From: Bacteroidota bacterium
GTDB taxonomy: Bacteria; Bacteroidota; Bacteroidia; AKYH767-A; 2013-40CM-41-45
DNA length: 64,000 bases
Assembly: GCA_003151745.1 (NCBI GenBank)
Contig: PLYJ01000069.1
Coordinates: forward strand, 13,270-77,269
Direction: 5' to 3'
Part shown: one piece after another, positions 19,224-27,351 of the stretch
Layout: each line of letters opens with the position of its first letter
How positions within the stretch are numbered: the first letter of the stretch is position 1
Notes under the pieces: generated by a model
What the model was told of the DNA's origin: nothing
The model's database searches: none
The model's input: only the letters and a program-made list of their open reading frames with translations
Program-made: the position numbers and the translations under genes

Positions 19224-20417
19224 ATGAAAGCACAGGCAACATGGCTTGATAAATATTTCAGAGGCGATCGCGTCATCTGGTTGATTGTATTCATCCTCTC
19301 TATTTTTTCATTGCTTGCTGTATATAGCTCTACGGGTACTCTTGCGTATAAATACCAGCAAGGCAATACGGAATATTACCTGCTAAAGCATCTCGGTATT
19401 CTTTTGCTCGGGCTTGGATTGATGTATGGAGCGTCATTGGTGAGGTACACGCTTTATTCACGTATTTCACAGATTGCATTGCTTCTCGCAATACCATTGC
19501 TTGGCGTAACACTTGCGATGGGAACAAATTTGAATGAAGCAAGTCGTTGGCTCACATTACCTGTAATCAATCTGTCGTTCCAAACGTCCGATTTCGCCAA
19601 GCTTGCACTCATTATGTATGTAGCGCGCACACTTTCAAAAAAGCAAGACAATATCAAGGATTTTAAATCTGCCTTCCTGCCTATCATTATACCTGTACTC
19701 ATCGTATGTGCATTAATCCTTCCTGCGAATCTTTCCACTGCTGCTGTGCTTTTTATGACTTGTGTGTTTCTCATGTTCATCGGACGCATCAATATGAAGT
19801 ACATTGGTTACATGGCAGGCATCGGCGCTTTATGCCTTACTCTCTTTATTACGATTGCATTGGTGTCTGGAAAAAAAGGTCGTGTGGAAACATGGAAGGC
19901 GCGTATAGAGAATTTTACAAAGGGTGGTGAAGATGTAAATTACCAGACACAGCAAGCAAAGATCGCCATTGCCTCAGGAGGTATACTGGGCAAGATGCCG
20001 GGCAATAGTACACAGCGCAACTTCCTTCCGCATCCGTATTCTGATTTTATCTATGCCATCATTACGGAAGAGTACGGCTTCGTTGGAGCGGCACTGATTA
20101 TATTTTTATATATACTATTATTCTATCGTGTCATACGGTTTGTTACAAAGAATCCGCGCGCCTTTGGAACACTGCTTGCCATTGGCTGCACGTTCATGCT
20201 CATTTTCCAGGCCATGATCAATATGGCAGTGGCTACAAATATATTTCCTGTTACAGGTCAACCCCTTCCATTGGTAAGCATGGGAGGAACCTCGCTTTGG
20301 TTCACAAGCATATCCATAGGTATTATTTTGAGTGTAAGCCGTGATGTAGAGAAGGAGACGGAAGAAAATAAAATCGAGAAAAAAGAAGAAGGGGGAGTGG
20401 AGCTTGCAGCAGCGTAA
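19224..20417 (+). CDS. ftsW: Peptidoglycan glycosyltransferase FtsW (SEDS family)
   Basis: Polytopic SEDS protein. ATG 19224 is chosen because the TTG-extended ORF (19167) runs through the hairpin. Confidence 0.9.
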   Translation: MKAQATWLDKYFRGDRVIWLIVFILSIFSLLAVYSSTGTLAYKYQQGNTEYYLLKHLGILLLGLGLMYGASLVRYTLYSRISQIALLLAIPLLGVTLAMGTNLNEASRWLTLPVINLSFQTSDFAKLALIMYVARTLSKKQDNIKDFKSAFLPIIIPVLIVCALILPANLSTAAVLFMTCVFLMFIGRINMKYIGYMAGIGALCLTLFITIALVSGKKGRVETWKARIENFTKGGEDVNYQTQQAKIAIASGGILGKMPGNSTQRNFLPHPYSDFIYAIITEEYGFVGAALIIFLYILLFYRVIRFVTKNPRAFGTLLAIGCTFMLIFQAMINMAVATNIFPVTGQPLPLVSMGGTSLWFTSISIGIILSVSRDVEKETEENKIEKKEEGGVELAAA

Positions 20418-21510
20418 GATAAAAGTCATCATCAGCGGAGGAGGCACAGGCGGCCATATATTTCCTGCCATTGCCATAGCGAACGGGTTGAAAGCGATGA
20501 ATAGTGAAAATGAAATTTTATTTGTGGGAGCGTCAGGAAGAATGGAGATGGAAAAAGTTCCGGCAGCAGGATATAAGATTGAAGGATTAAACATCAGTGG
20601 ATTGCAGAGAAAGTTGACATTCAAAAATCTCTCTTTCCCCTTTAAGCTGATTGCAAGCGTGAGAAAAGCAAAGCGTATTGTTCAGGACTTTAATCCGGAC
20701 GTAGCGGTCGGAGTGGGTGGATATGCAAGCGGGCCTTTACTATATGCAGCAACAGGAATGAAGGTGCCTGCATTAATACAGGAACAAAATTCTTTCCCCG
20801 GCATCACCAATAAATTCTTAGCGAAACGGGTCAATAAGATATGTGTGGCTTACGAGGGATTGGAAAAGTATTTCCCGAAAGAAAAATTAATCCTTACGGG
20901 CAATCCTGTAAGACAAGACATCTTGCAGCTTGACGGAAAACGGGAAGAAGGATATATACACTTTGGATTACTGCCGGGAAAAAGAACAGTTCTCGTTATT
21001 GGCGGAAGCTTGGGTGCCAGAACGATCAATGAAAGTATGAAAGCATCGCTCAGCTTCTTTTCCATGAGTGATGTGCAACTGATATGGCAGACAGGAAAGC
21101 TTTTCTTTGAAGAAGCAAAAAGCGCAGTGAAGGAATCAGGCGTGCAAAACATAAAGGTGTTTGATTTTATAGGGAGAATGGATTACGCTTACGCAACTGC
21201 TGATGTTGTTGTTTCGCGAGCAGGCGCAAGCTCGGTTTCAGAATTGTGCCTTGTGAAGAAGCCTGCCATTCTTATTCCTTCGCCAAACGTGGCTGAAGAT
21301 CATCAGACAAAGAACGCCATTGCATTAGTAAACAAACAGGCAGCATTAATGGTGCGCGATGTGGAAGCAAGAACAAAATTGATTGAAGTGTTAGATAGAC
21401 TGATGAAAAACGAAGCACAACAAAAATCATTGACTGAAAATATTGGCAAGCTGGCAATAAAGAATTCTGCGGAGATGATTGCTAATGAAGTGTATAATTT
21501 AATTGGGTGA
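20404..21510 (+). CDS. murG: UDP-GlcNAc--lipid I N-acetylglucosamine transferase
   Basis: GGGTGGHIFPAIA motif. The TTG start overlaps the ftsW end. Confidence 0.9.
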   Translation: MQQRKIKVIISGGGTGGHIFPAIAIANGLKAMNSENEILFVGASGRMEMEKVPAAGYKIEGLNISGLQRKLTFKNLSFPFKLIASVRKAKRIVQDFNPDVAVGVGGYASGPLLYAATGMKVPALIQEQNSFPGITNKFLAKRVNKICVAYEGLEKYFPKEKLILTGNPVRQDILQLDGKREEGYIHFGLLPGKRTVLVIGGSLGARTINESMKASLSFFSMSDVQLIWQTGKLFFEEAKSAVKESGVQNIKVFDFIGRMDYAYATADVVVSRAGASSVSELCLVKKPAILIPSPNVAEDHQTKNAIALVNKQAALMVRDVEARTKLIEVLDRLMKNEAQQKSLTENIGKLAIKNSAEMIANEVYNLIG

Positions 21511-21512
21511 AT

Positions 21513-21535
21513 TGTAACCCCGTCTCGAGTTTGGA
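21513..21535. repeat. Left-half copy of the TGTAAC-prefixed hairpin element
   Basis: TGTAACCCCGTCTCGAGTTTGGA aligns with the left half of the full copies at 22520 and 41119, then diverges. Confidence 0.5.
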
Positions 21536-21557
21536 GCCAATAAACTAAGCGACAACT

Positions 21558-22493
21558 ATGGAACAATTTTTAACTGGAGACATTTGGAAAGAGGTAAATA
21601 AACTCTTTTCTAAACGACAGAAAAAATTTGCCTGTATAGCTTATGTTACATCTGACAATTTACAACTTACTAAAGGAGACATTTTAATTTGTGACGCTTC
21701 AATTTTTGCAATAAAATTCGGAGAGACATCTGCAAAAACTCTTTATACCTATTTCAAGAGAGGCGTAAAATTATTATCTAACCAACAGTTGCATTCAAAA
21801 TTTCTGTTGACTGACAATTTTTTAGTTATTGGTTCTGCAAACTTATCAAAGAGCAGTGCGGAAAAACTTACCGAGTCTTCTGTTGTAACAAACAATGACA
21901 TTTTGATTTCTCAAGCAAAAGCATTTTGTTACAACTTAACAGAAGAATCAATTTCGCTCACCAAAAAGGAAATTGATTTGTTGCTAAAAATAAAAGTAGT
22001 CAAACGACCATTCAAGTCAATGACAAAATCACAAACACGTGAAAAGAAATTTGGAAACCGTTACTGGTTCGTTTCCGCTTTTCCTCTTAAAAACAGAACC
22101 TATGATAAGATTAAGGGAATGGTAGAAAAGACAACAAGTTCGATTTCCAAGAGAGAAAATATTGATGAAGACGATATTAGTTTTTTAAGATGGAGAGCAA
22201 GAACGGAATTTAGCGATACAGCAAAAGAAGGCGACCAAGTAATACTCAAGTTCAATAACGAAAGTAAAACACGAAGCAATGTTTATGCGCCTTCTACCAT
22301 TTTAGAAAAGCAAGTTGTTGACGACTTTACTTATTTCTATCACGAAAATAAAAATTCAGAGGAAAGAAAAATACCTTGGACGAAATTTCAAGCATTTATA
22401 AAGAGCATTGATTTAGAAAAAGGTATTAGCTCGCGAACAAAAACAATTTCAGAAAATGATGTAAACAAACTTAAACCGTTATGGGCAAGATAA
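21558..22493 (+). CDS. Single-HKD phospholipase D-superfamily (Nuc/BfiI-like) nuclease-like protein with uncharacterised C-terminal domain
   Basis: HSKFLLTDNFLVIGSANLS (nt 21792-21842) fits HxK(x)4D(x)5-6GSxN. It sits about 80 residues from the N-terminus, as in single-domain Nuc-type enzymes. The C-terminal ~170 aa has no motif I recognise. Confidence 0.65.
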   Translation: MEQFLTGDIWKEVNKLFSKRQKKFACIAYVTSDNLQLTKGDILICDASIFAIKFGETSAKTLYTYFKRGVKLLSNQQLHSKFLLTDNFLVIGSANLSKSSAEKLTESSVVTNNDILISQAKAFCYNLTEESISLTKKEIDLLLKIKVVKRPFKSMTKSQTREKKFGNRYWFVSAFPLKNRTYDKIKGMVEKTTSSISKRENIDEDDISFLRWRARTEFSDTAKEGDQVILKFNNESKTRSNVYAPSTILEKQVVDDFTYFYHENKNSEERKIPWTKFQAFIKSIDLEKGISSRTKTISENDVNKLKPLWAR

Positions 22494-22519
22494 CGATAAA
22501 AACAGACGACGAAACTTCA

Positions 22520-22558
22520 TGTAACCCCGAGGAGGTTTTAAACCTCGTCGGAGTTTAA
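22520..22558. repeat. Full copy of the TGTAAC-prefixed hairpin element
   Basis: TGTAAC-CCCGAGGAGGTTT-TA-AACCTCGTCGGAG-TTTA. Same architecture as 41119-41157 and 41269-41308. Confidence 0.75.
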
Positions 22559-22575
22559 AGCAGCAGAAAAACGAT

Positions 22576-23169
22576 ATGTTGAATCTTAAGTATTCTTTTT
22601 ATTTAGTTGTTATTCTTACAAGTTGCTTTTGTATTTCGGCATGCACCTGGAATAATTCAAAGGAAAAATCAGCGCTACCTGAAATAGCAAATGGAAATAC
22701 GAAAGGTCAGACGACAGATGAAACGAAGAACAAATTAACAGATAAGCGGGTGTATGCTCTTGGCGACACAATTATTAGTGAAGGAAATTGGAAATGTTGT
22801 CTTTCAAATTATGAGGAGGGAAAGTTATATAATCGAAACTGTTTACCACAGGAAGGCAATAAACTAATTGCGATACAAGTTTTCTTTCAGAATCTTTCAA
22901 ATGAAAAGGTGGTATATGATGATACATATTGGAAGATAGCAGATGAAGAAGGATTTGAATATTCGGTGTGGGGTAATGAAGGATGTATTGGACTAGTGAA
23001 AGAACCAGAATTTTCAAGTGGCGACTTAGAGCCTTATCAAAAGAAAAGTGGATATACAACATTTCAAGCTGCAAAGAATGTTAAATGCGTTGAGTTGAGA
23101 TTTAATCCTGTACCGTCATCACCGAGTGATAGACAGACATTCTCAATCAAACTTAAAGAAAAGCACTAA
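22576..23169 (+). CDS. Lipoprotein, hypothetical (possibly DUF4352-like Ig-fold)
   Basis: Lipobox LTSCFCISAC. The beta-rich C-terminal part resembles DUF4352. The family call is tentative. Confidence 0.55.
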   Translation: MLNLKYSFYLVVILTSCFCISACTWNNSKEKSALPEIANGNTKGQTTDETKNKLTDKRVYALGDTIISEGNWKCCLSNYEEGKLYNRNCLPQEGNKLIAIQVFFQNLSNEKVVYDDTYWKIADEEGFEYSVWGNEGCIGLVKEPEFSSGDLEPYQKKSGYTTFQAAKNVKCVELRFNPVPSSPSDRQTFSIKLKEKH

Positions 23170-23180
23170 AAATGGTAATG

Positions 23181-23203
23181 TTCCAGACCTCGTCGGTGTT
23201 TAG
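23181..23203. repeat. Right-half copy of the TGTAAC hairpin element
   Basis: TTCCAGACCTCGTCGGTGTTTAG aligns with the right half (AACCTCGTCGGAGTTTA) of the full copies. No left arm is present. Confidence 0.5.
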
Positions 23204-23327
23204 AGGCAAATAGTTGCTCAAAAACTTATGTGTAACCTATGTTTCTATGTTCCTATGTGGTAAAGAAAGGGTAGAAATTGAAAAATAACTAAAAAAACAG
23301 TGAAAAAGGCTAAATTTTAATCAAAAT

Positions 23328-23609
23328 GGTATCCAACCTTATTGAAATGGTATCCAAAATTAATAGTGTGGTATCCAACTCTATCAAAATGGTATCCAAT
23401 TTCAATGAAAAGGTATCCAAAAACAGTAAAATGGTATCCAATCTTGTTGAAATGGTATCCAAAATCAATGACTCGGTATCCAACGCTATCAAAACGGTAT
23501 CCAATTTCAATGAAACGGTATCCAAAGACAATAAAATGGTATCCAATTTTGTTGAAATGGTATCCAAAACTAATAGTGTGGTGTCCAACGTTGTGAAAAT
23601 GGTATCCAA
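23328..23609. repeat. Tandem array 1: 14 units of exactly 21 bp (core GGTATCCAA plus 12 variable nt), with a 105-bp higher-order period
   Basis: Cores lie at 23328 + 21n for n = 0 to 13 with no indel. The variable parts recur every 5 units. Confidence 0.95.
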
Positions 23610-23639
23610 TTTTGTTGGTAAAGAAGCATCAATTCAAAA

Positions 23640-25028
23640 ATGAGTTTTGAAAAAATAAATAACGTTTATTTCCTCGGCATCGGAGGCATTGGTATGTCTG
23701 CACTTGCGCGTTATTTCAAAGCGCAGGGCAAAATAGTTTCCGGTTACGACAAAACGCCTACCACGCTTACGGATGAATTAATTGCCGAAGGAATAAGCGT
23801 TCATTTTATTGACAGTATTGCGGTAGCGCAGCTTCAGACTTCCAATCTCAAAGACACAACATTGGTTATTTACACTCCCGCTGTTCCTAAAGATCTAATC
23901 GAGCTGAATTATTTTTTGAGCAATGGATTTGATGTGAAAAAGCGTTCGGAAGTGCTGGGCATGATTACAGAGAATCATTACACCATAGCGGTTGCAGGCA
24001 CTCACGGGAAGACCACCACATCCTCCATGATTGCTCATATATTAAAGCATTCAGGAACAGACTGCACGGCTTTTCTCGGAGGTATTGCAAAAAACTACGA
24101 TTCAAATTTCCTTTTAGGAAAGGGCAAAAAGAGTATTGTGGTGGTGGAAGCCGATGAATACGACCGTTCGTTCCTCACGCTTCATCCTGATGTGGCAGTA
24201 ATTACCTCCATGGATGCTGACCACCTTGATATATATGGTGATTCCGGCCAGTTGGTTGATTCGTACCGGTCCTTTGCAAAGCAATTGAAAAAAGGCGGAA
24301 TGCTTTTTTATAAATCGGGGTTGCAATTGGAAGACCTGGAGCTTGGCAAATCAACCTATTCTTTAACCGCGACAGCAGATTATTCGCCGAAGAATTTAAG
24401 GATTGAAAATCATCGTTATCATTTCGATTTCAAAAATACCGAAGACACGATCAAAGATATTTCTTCCCAATTAGCCGGAGCGCATAATGTGGAGAATGCT
24501 TTGGCTGCCATAGCCGTTGCGAAGCATATCGGCATTCCCAAAAACAAAATCAAAGAGGCATTGGAAACCTACACGGGGGTGAAGAGGAGATTTGATTACC
24601 AGGTTCAGCCGCCAACGAGCAATGTAGTTTATATTGACGATTACGCTCATCATCCTGAAGAGCTTCGGGCTTGCATCTCTTCTGCCCGTGAATTGTACCC
24701 GGGAAAGAAAATTACCGGCATCTTCCAGCCGCATCTATTCAGTCGCACACGGGATTTCGCCGAGGGTTTTGGACGCAGCTTGTCGCTGCTGGATGAGCTG
24801 ATTCTCCTCGATATATATCCCGCACGGGAGAAACCGATAGCGGGAGTTAACTCAGGAATGCTTTTAAAAGACGTAACCATAAAAAATAAAATGCCTTGCC
24901 GGAAAGAAGATGTGCTGGAGGAGCTGGAGAAAAGAAATATTGAAGTGCTGCTTACGCTTGGCGCAGGTGATATTGATACACTTGTTGTTCCGATAAGGCA
25001 TTATCTGATGAAAAAATATGCGAATTGA
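23640..25028 (+). CDS. murC: UDP-N-acetylmuramate--L-alanine ligase
   Basis: FLGIGGIGMSALA motif and GTHGKTTTSSM P-loop. Confidence 0.95.
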   Translation: MSFEKINNVYFLGIGGIGMSALARYFKAQGKIVSGYDKTPTTLTDELIAEGISVHFIDSIAVAQLQTSNLKDTTLVIYTPAVPKDLIELNYFLSNGFDVKKRSEVLGMITENHYTIAVAGTHGKTTTSSMIAHILKHSGTDCTAFLGGIAKNYDSNFLLGKGKKSIVVVEADEYDRSFLTLHPDVAVITSMDADHLDIYGDSGQLVDSYRSFAKQLKKGGMLFYKSGLQLEDLELGKSTYSLTATADYSPKNLRIENHRYHFDFKNTEDTIKDISSQLAGAHNVENALAAIAVAKHIGIPKNKIKEALETYTGVKRRFDYQVQPPTSNVVYIDDYAHHPEELRACISSARELYPGKKITGIFQPHLFSRTRDFAEGFGRSLSLLDELILLDIYPAREKPIAGVNSGMLLKDVTIKNKMPCRKEDVLEELEKRNIEVLLTLGAGDIDTLVVPIRHYLMKKYAN

Positions 25029-25040
25029 AACAATACTTGC

Positions 25041-25097
25041 CACAGATTCACAGATTTCATTCTTGCTATTTTTAAATAAATAATCTGTGAATCTGTC
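25041..25097. repeat. Intercistronic hairpin (murC|ftsQ)
   Basis: CACAGATTCACAGATT pairs with AATCTGTGAATCTGT around an AT-rich loop. Confidence 0.7.
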
Positions 25098-25115
25098 GCT
25101 ATAAAATGAAGTAGT

Positions 25116-25958
25116 ATGAAAAACAGGTTTAAACCCAGATTCAACATCAACTGGAAAAAGATTGCCCGCATCGGGCTATGGAGTTTGCTTGCCTTCGGGT
25201 TTATCGTATCCGTGGGCTTCACAAGCTATAAGCAGCGCATGATGGAGTGCAAGGCATTCGACATTTCCATTAACGACAGCACCTCCTATTCCTTTGTTGA
25301 GTATTCCGACATTGCCCAAATCATCAACGATAAGTTTGGCGGATTGGTTGGAAAGCCGATGGATGAAATTAACATCGCATTGTTGGAAAAAATCATAAAT
25401 AACAACCCTTTTGTATTGAATGCCGAAGTATTTTCAACGCTTGATGGAATTGTGAAGATTGAGGTAGCACAACGCAAACCCATTCTTAGAGTTTTTAATT
25501 ACAACAACGAAAGTTTCTATATAGACAACACCGGAAAATATATGCCGACTTCCCCTAAGTACACTGCAAGCGTGCCTGTAGCAAACGGTGCAATTGCAGC
25601 AAGAGAAAGCGACAGTCTGGCGTATGCGGGCGATGTTCCGGTAAATATAGACCAATCCGATACAAGCTTTCATCCCACAACGATGCAGAGTATTTATATG
25701 CTTGCAAAGTATATTAACAAGGATGATTTCTGGAGCGCACAAATAGAACAGCTATACGTCAACGAAAGCGGGGATATTGAATTGATTCCAAGAGTGGGCA
25801 ACCAGAAAATTATTTTTGGTGATGCCACACAGATGAAGGAGAAGTTCAACAAGCTTTTTATTTTATATACAAAAGGATTTGATAAGACCGGTTGGAATAA
25901 CTACAGCGTGATAAATTTAAAGTTCAACGACCAGGTCGTTTGTACAAAAATTAAATAA
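25116..25958 (+). CDS. ftsQ: Cell division protein FtsQ
   Basis: Position in the dcw cluster, with an N-terminal TM helix and a POTRA-like region. Confidence 0.8.
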   Translation: MKNRFKPRFNINWKKIARIGLWSLLAFGFIVSVGFTSYKQRMMECKAFDISINDSTSYSFVEYSDIAQIINDKFGGLVGKPMDEINIALLEKIINNNPFVLNAEVFSTLDGIVKIEVAQRKPILRVFNYNNESFYIDNTGKYMPTSPKYTASVPVANGAIAARESDSLAYAGDVPVNIDQSDTSFHPTTMQSIYMLAKYINKDDFWSAQIEQLYVNESGDIELIPRVGNQKIIFGDATQMKEKFNKLFILYTKGFDKTGWNNYSVINLKFNDQVVCTKIK

Positions 25959-25961
25959 CGA

Positions 25962-27272
25962 ATGGAAAAAGATAAAGCAGATTTAATAGTAGGATTAGAC
26001 ATCGGCACCACCAAGATATGTGCCATTGTGGGTCGTAAAAACTCTTTCGGCAAGATTGAAATACTTGGCATGGGTAAGAGCGAGTCAGTGGGTGTGATGC
26101 GCGGTGTGGTCACTAACATCGTCAACACGGTGCAATCCATTAAGCTGGCTGTGGATGAAGCGGGCAATAAGGCAAAGGTGGAAGTTCACAATGTGCATGT
26201 GGGCATTGCAGGACAGCACATTAAAAGCTTGCAGCATCGCGGCATGCGCACCCGCAACAGCATGGAAGATGAAATTAACCAGAAGGATATTGACATCATC
26301 GTAGAGGATATGTATAAAATAGCCATGCCTCCCGGCGAACAGATCATCCATGTAATACCGCAGGAATATATCGTTGACAGCGAACAGGGCTTAAAGGATC
26401 CCGTCGGTATGTCCGGCATTCGGTTGGAAGCTAACTGTCACATCATCACGGGGCAGATCAGCTCGATTAAGAATATATATAAGTGTGTGGACCGTGCAGG
26501 ATTGAAGACGGACGGACTTTTTCTGGAACCCCTTGCATCAGCTGAGTCGGTTCTTACTGATGAAGAAAAAGAAGCCGGTGTAGTGCTCGTGGATATTGGC
26601 GGAGGCACCACAGACATCGCCATCTTCCATGACGGCATCATTCGCCACACGGCAGTGATTCCCTTTGGCGGCAATGTGATCACAGAGGATATTAAAGAGG
26701 GCTGCAGCATTATTAAAAAGGATGCAGAGCAATTGAAAATAAAGTTCGGTTCAGCGCTGGCAAGTGAGAACCTGGAGAATGAATATGTGACCATTCCCGG
26801 ATTGCGCGGCAGGAAGCCCAGTGAGATTTCTGTGAAAAACCTTGCAAGCATTATCCAGGCAAGGATGGAAGAGATCATCGAGCAGGTAATTTATGAAATA
26901 AAAAATTCACGGTTCGAGAAGAAATTGATTGCAGGCATTGTCATTACAGGTGGCGGCGCACAGCTTAAGCATATCATCCAGTTAGTGGAATACCTGACAG
27001 GCATGGATGCACGCATCGGTTATCCCAATGAACATCTTGCAAAAGGAACGGATGAAGTTAAAAGCCCCATGTACGCTACCGCTGTAGGGCTTGTGATGAA
27101 AGGATTCCATGAACTGGAAAAGAACAAGAAAATTCCGCAGCTTGTTGTGGCAGGCAATGTCAACAAGAAGGAAAAAGTAAAAGAAGATGACAGGAAAGCA
27201 AAGCAGGACGAAAGCATCTTCAAGAGATTGAAAAATTGGTTTGAGGAGGTGGATGATCACGATTTAAAGTAA
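25962..27272 (+). CDS. ftsA: Cell division protein FtsA
   Basis: Actin-fold motifs GLDIGTTKICAIVG and VDIGGGTTDIAIF. Confidence 0.95.
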   Translation: MEKDKADLIVGLDIGTTKICAIVGRKNSFGKIEILGMGKSESVGVMRGVVTNIVNTVQSIKLAVDEAGNKAKVEVHNVHVGIAGQHIKSLQHRGMRTRNSMEDEINQKDIDIIVEDMYKIAMPPGEQIIHVIPQEYIVDSEQGLKDPVGMSGIRLEANCHIITGQISSIKNIYKCVDRAGLKTDGLFLEPLASAESVLTDEEKEAGVVLVDIGGGTTDIAIFHDGIIRHTAVIPFGGNVITEDIKEGCSIIKKDAEQLKIKFGSALASENLENEYVTIPGLRGRKPSEISVKNLASIIQARMEEIIEQVIYEIKNSRFEKKLIAGIVITGGGAQLKHIIQLVEYLTGMDARIGYPNEHLAKGTDEVKSPMYATAVGLVMKGFHELEKNKKIPQLVVAGNVNKKEKVKEDDRKAKQDESIFKRLKNWFEEVDDHDLK

Positions 27273-27351
27273 ATCTGTTTACAGTTCGCAACGCTATAAC
27301 CATAGACCATCAACAACAATTACATATACAACTAAATAAAAAGCAACACGC

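Noticed and set aside
23328-23609. Possible CRISPR array (regular repeat-plus-variable-spacer pattern)
   Set aside because: The repeat is 9 nt and the 'spacer' 12 nt, far below CRISPR dimensions. The spacers recur with a 5-unit period, and no cas genes are present. The same reasoning applies to the arrays at 29631, 40660 and 58579.
21511-23639. Integron-like cassette array (hairpin sites between promoterless genes)
   Set aside because: No integron integrase, attI or Pc is present in the window. The hairpins lack the recognisable R/L box organisation of attC sites. This is kept only as a mechanistic analogy.
23310-23643. ORFs 23310-23609 (-), 23326-23643 (+) and 23342-23596 (+) as real protein genes
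   Set aside because: Three overlapping frames on both strands are open purely because the 21-bp unit lacks stops in those frames. At most one could be real. Only the frame ending in ATGA overlap with murC is kept as a low-probability alternative in the findings.
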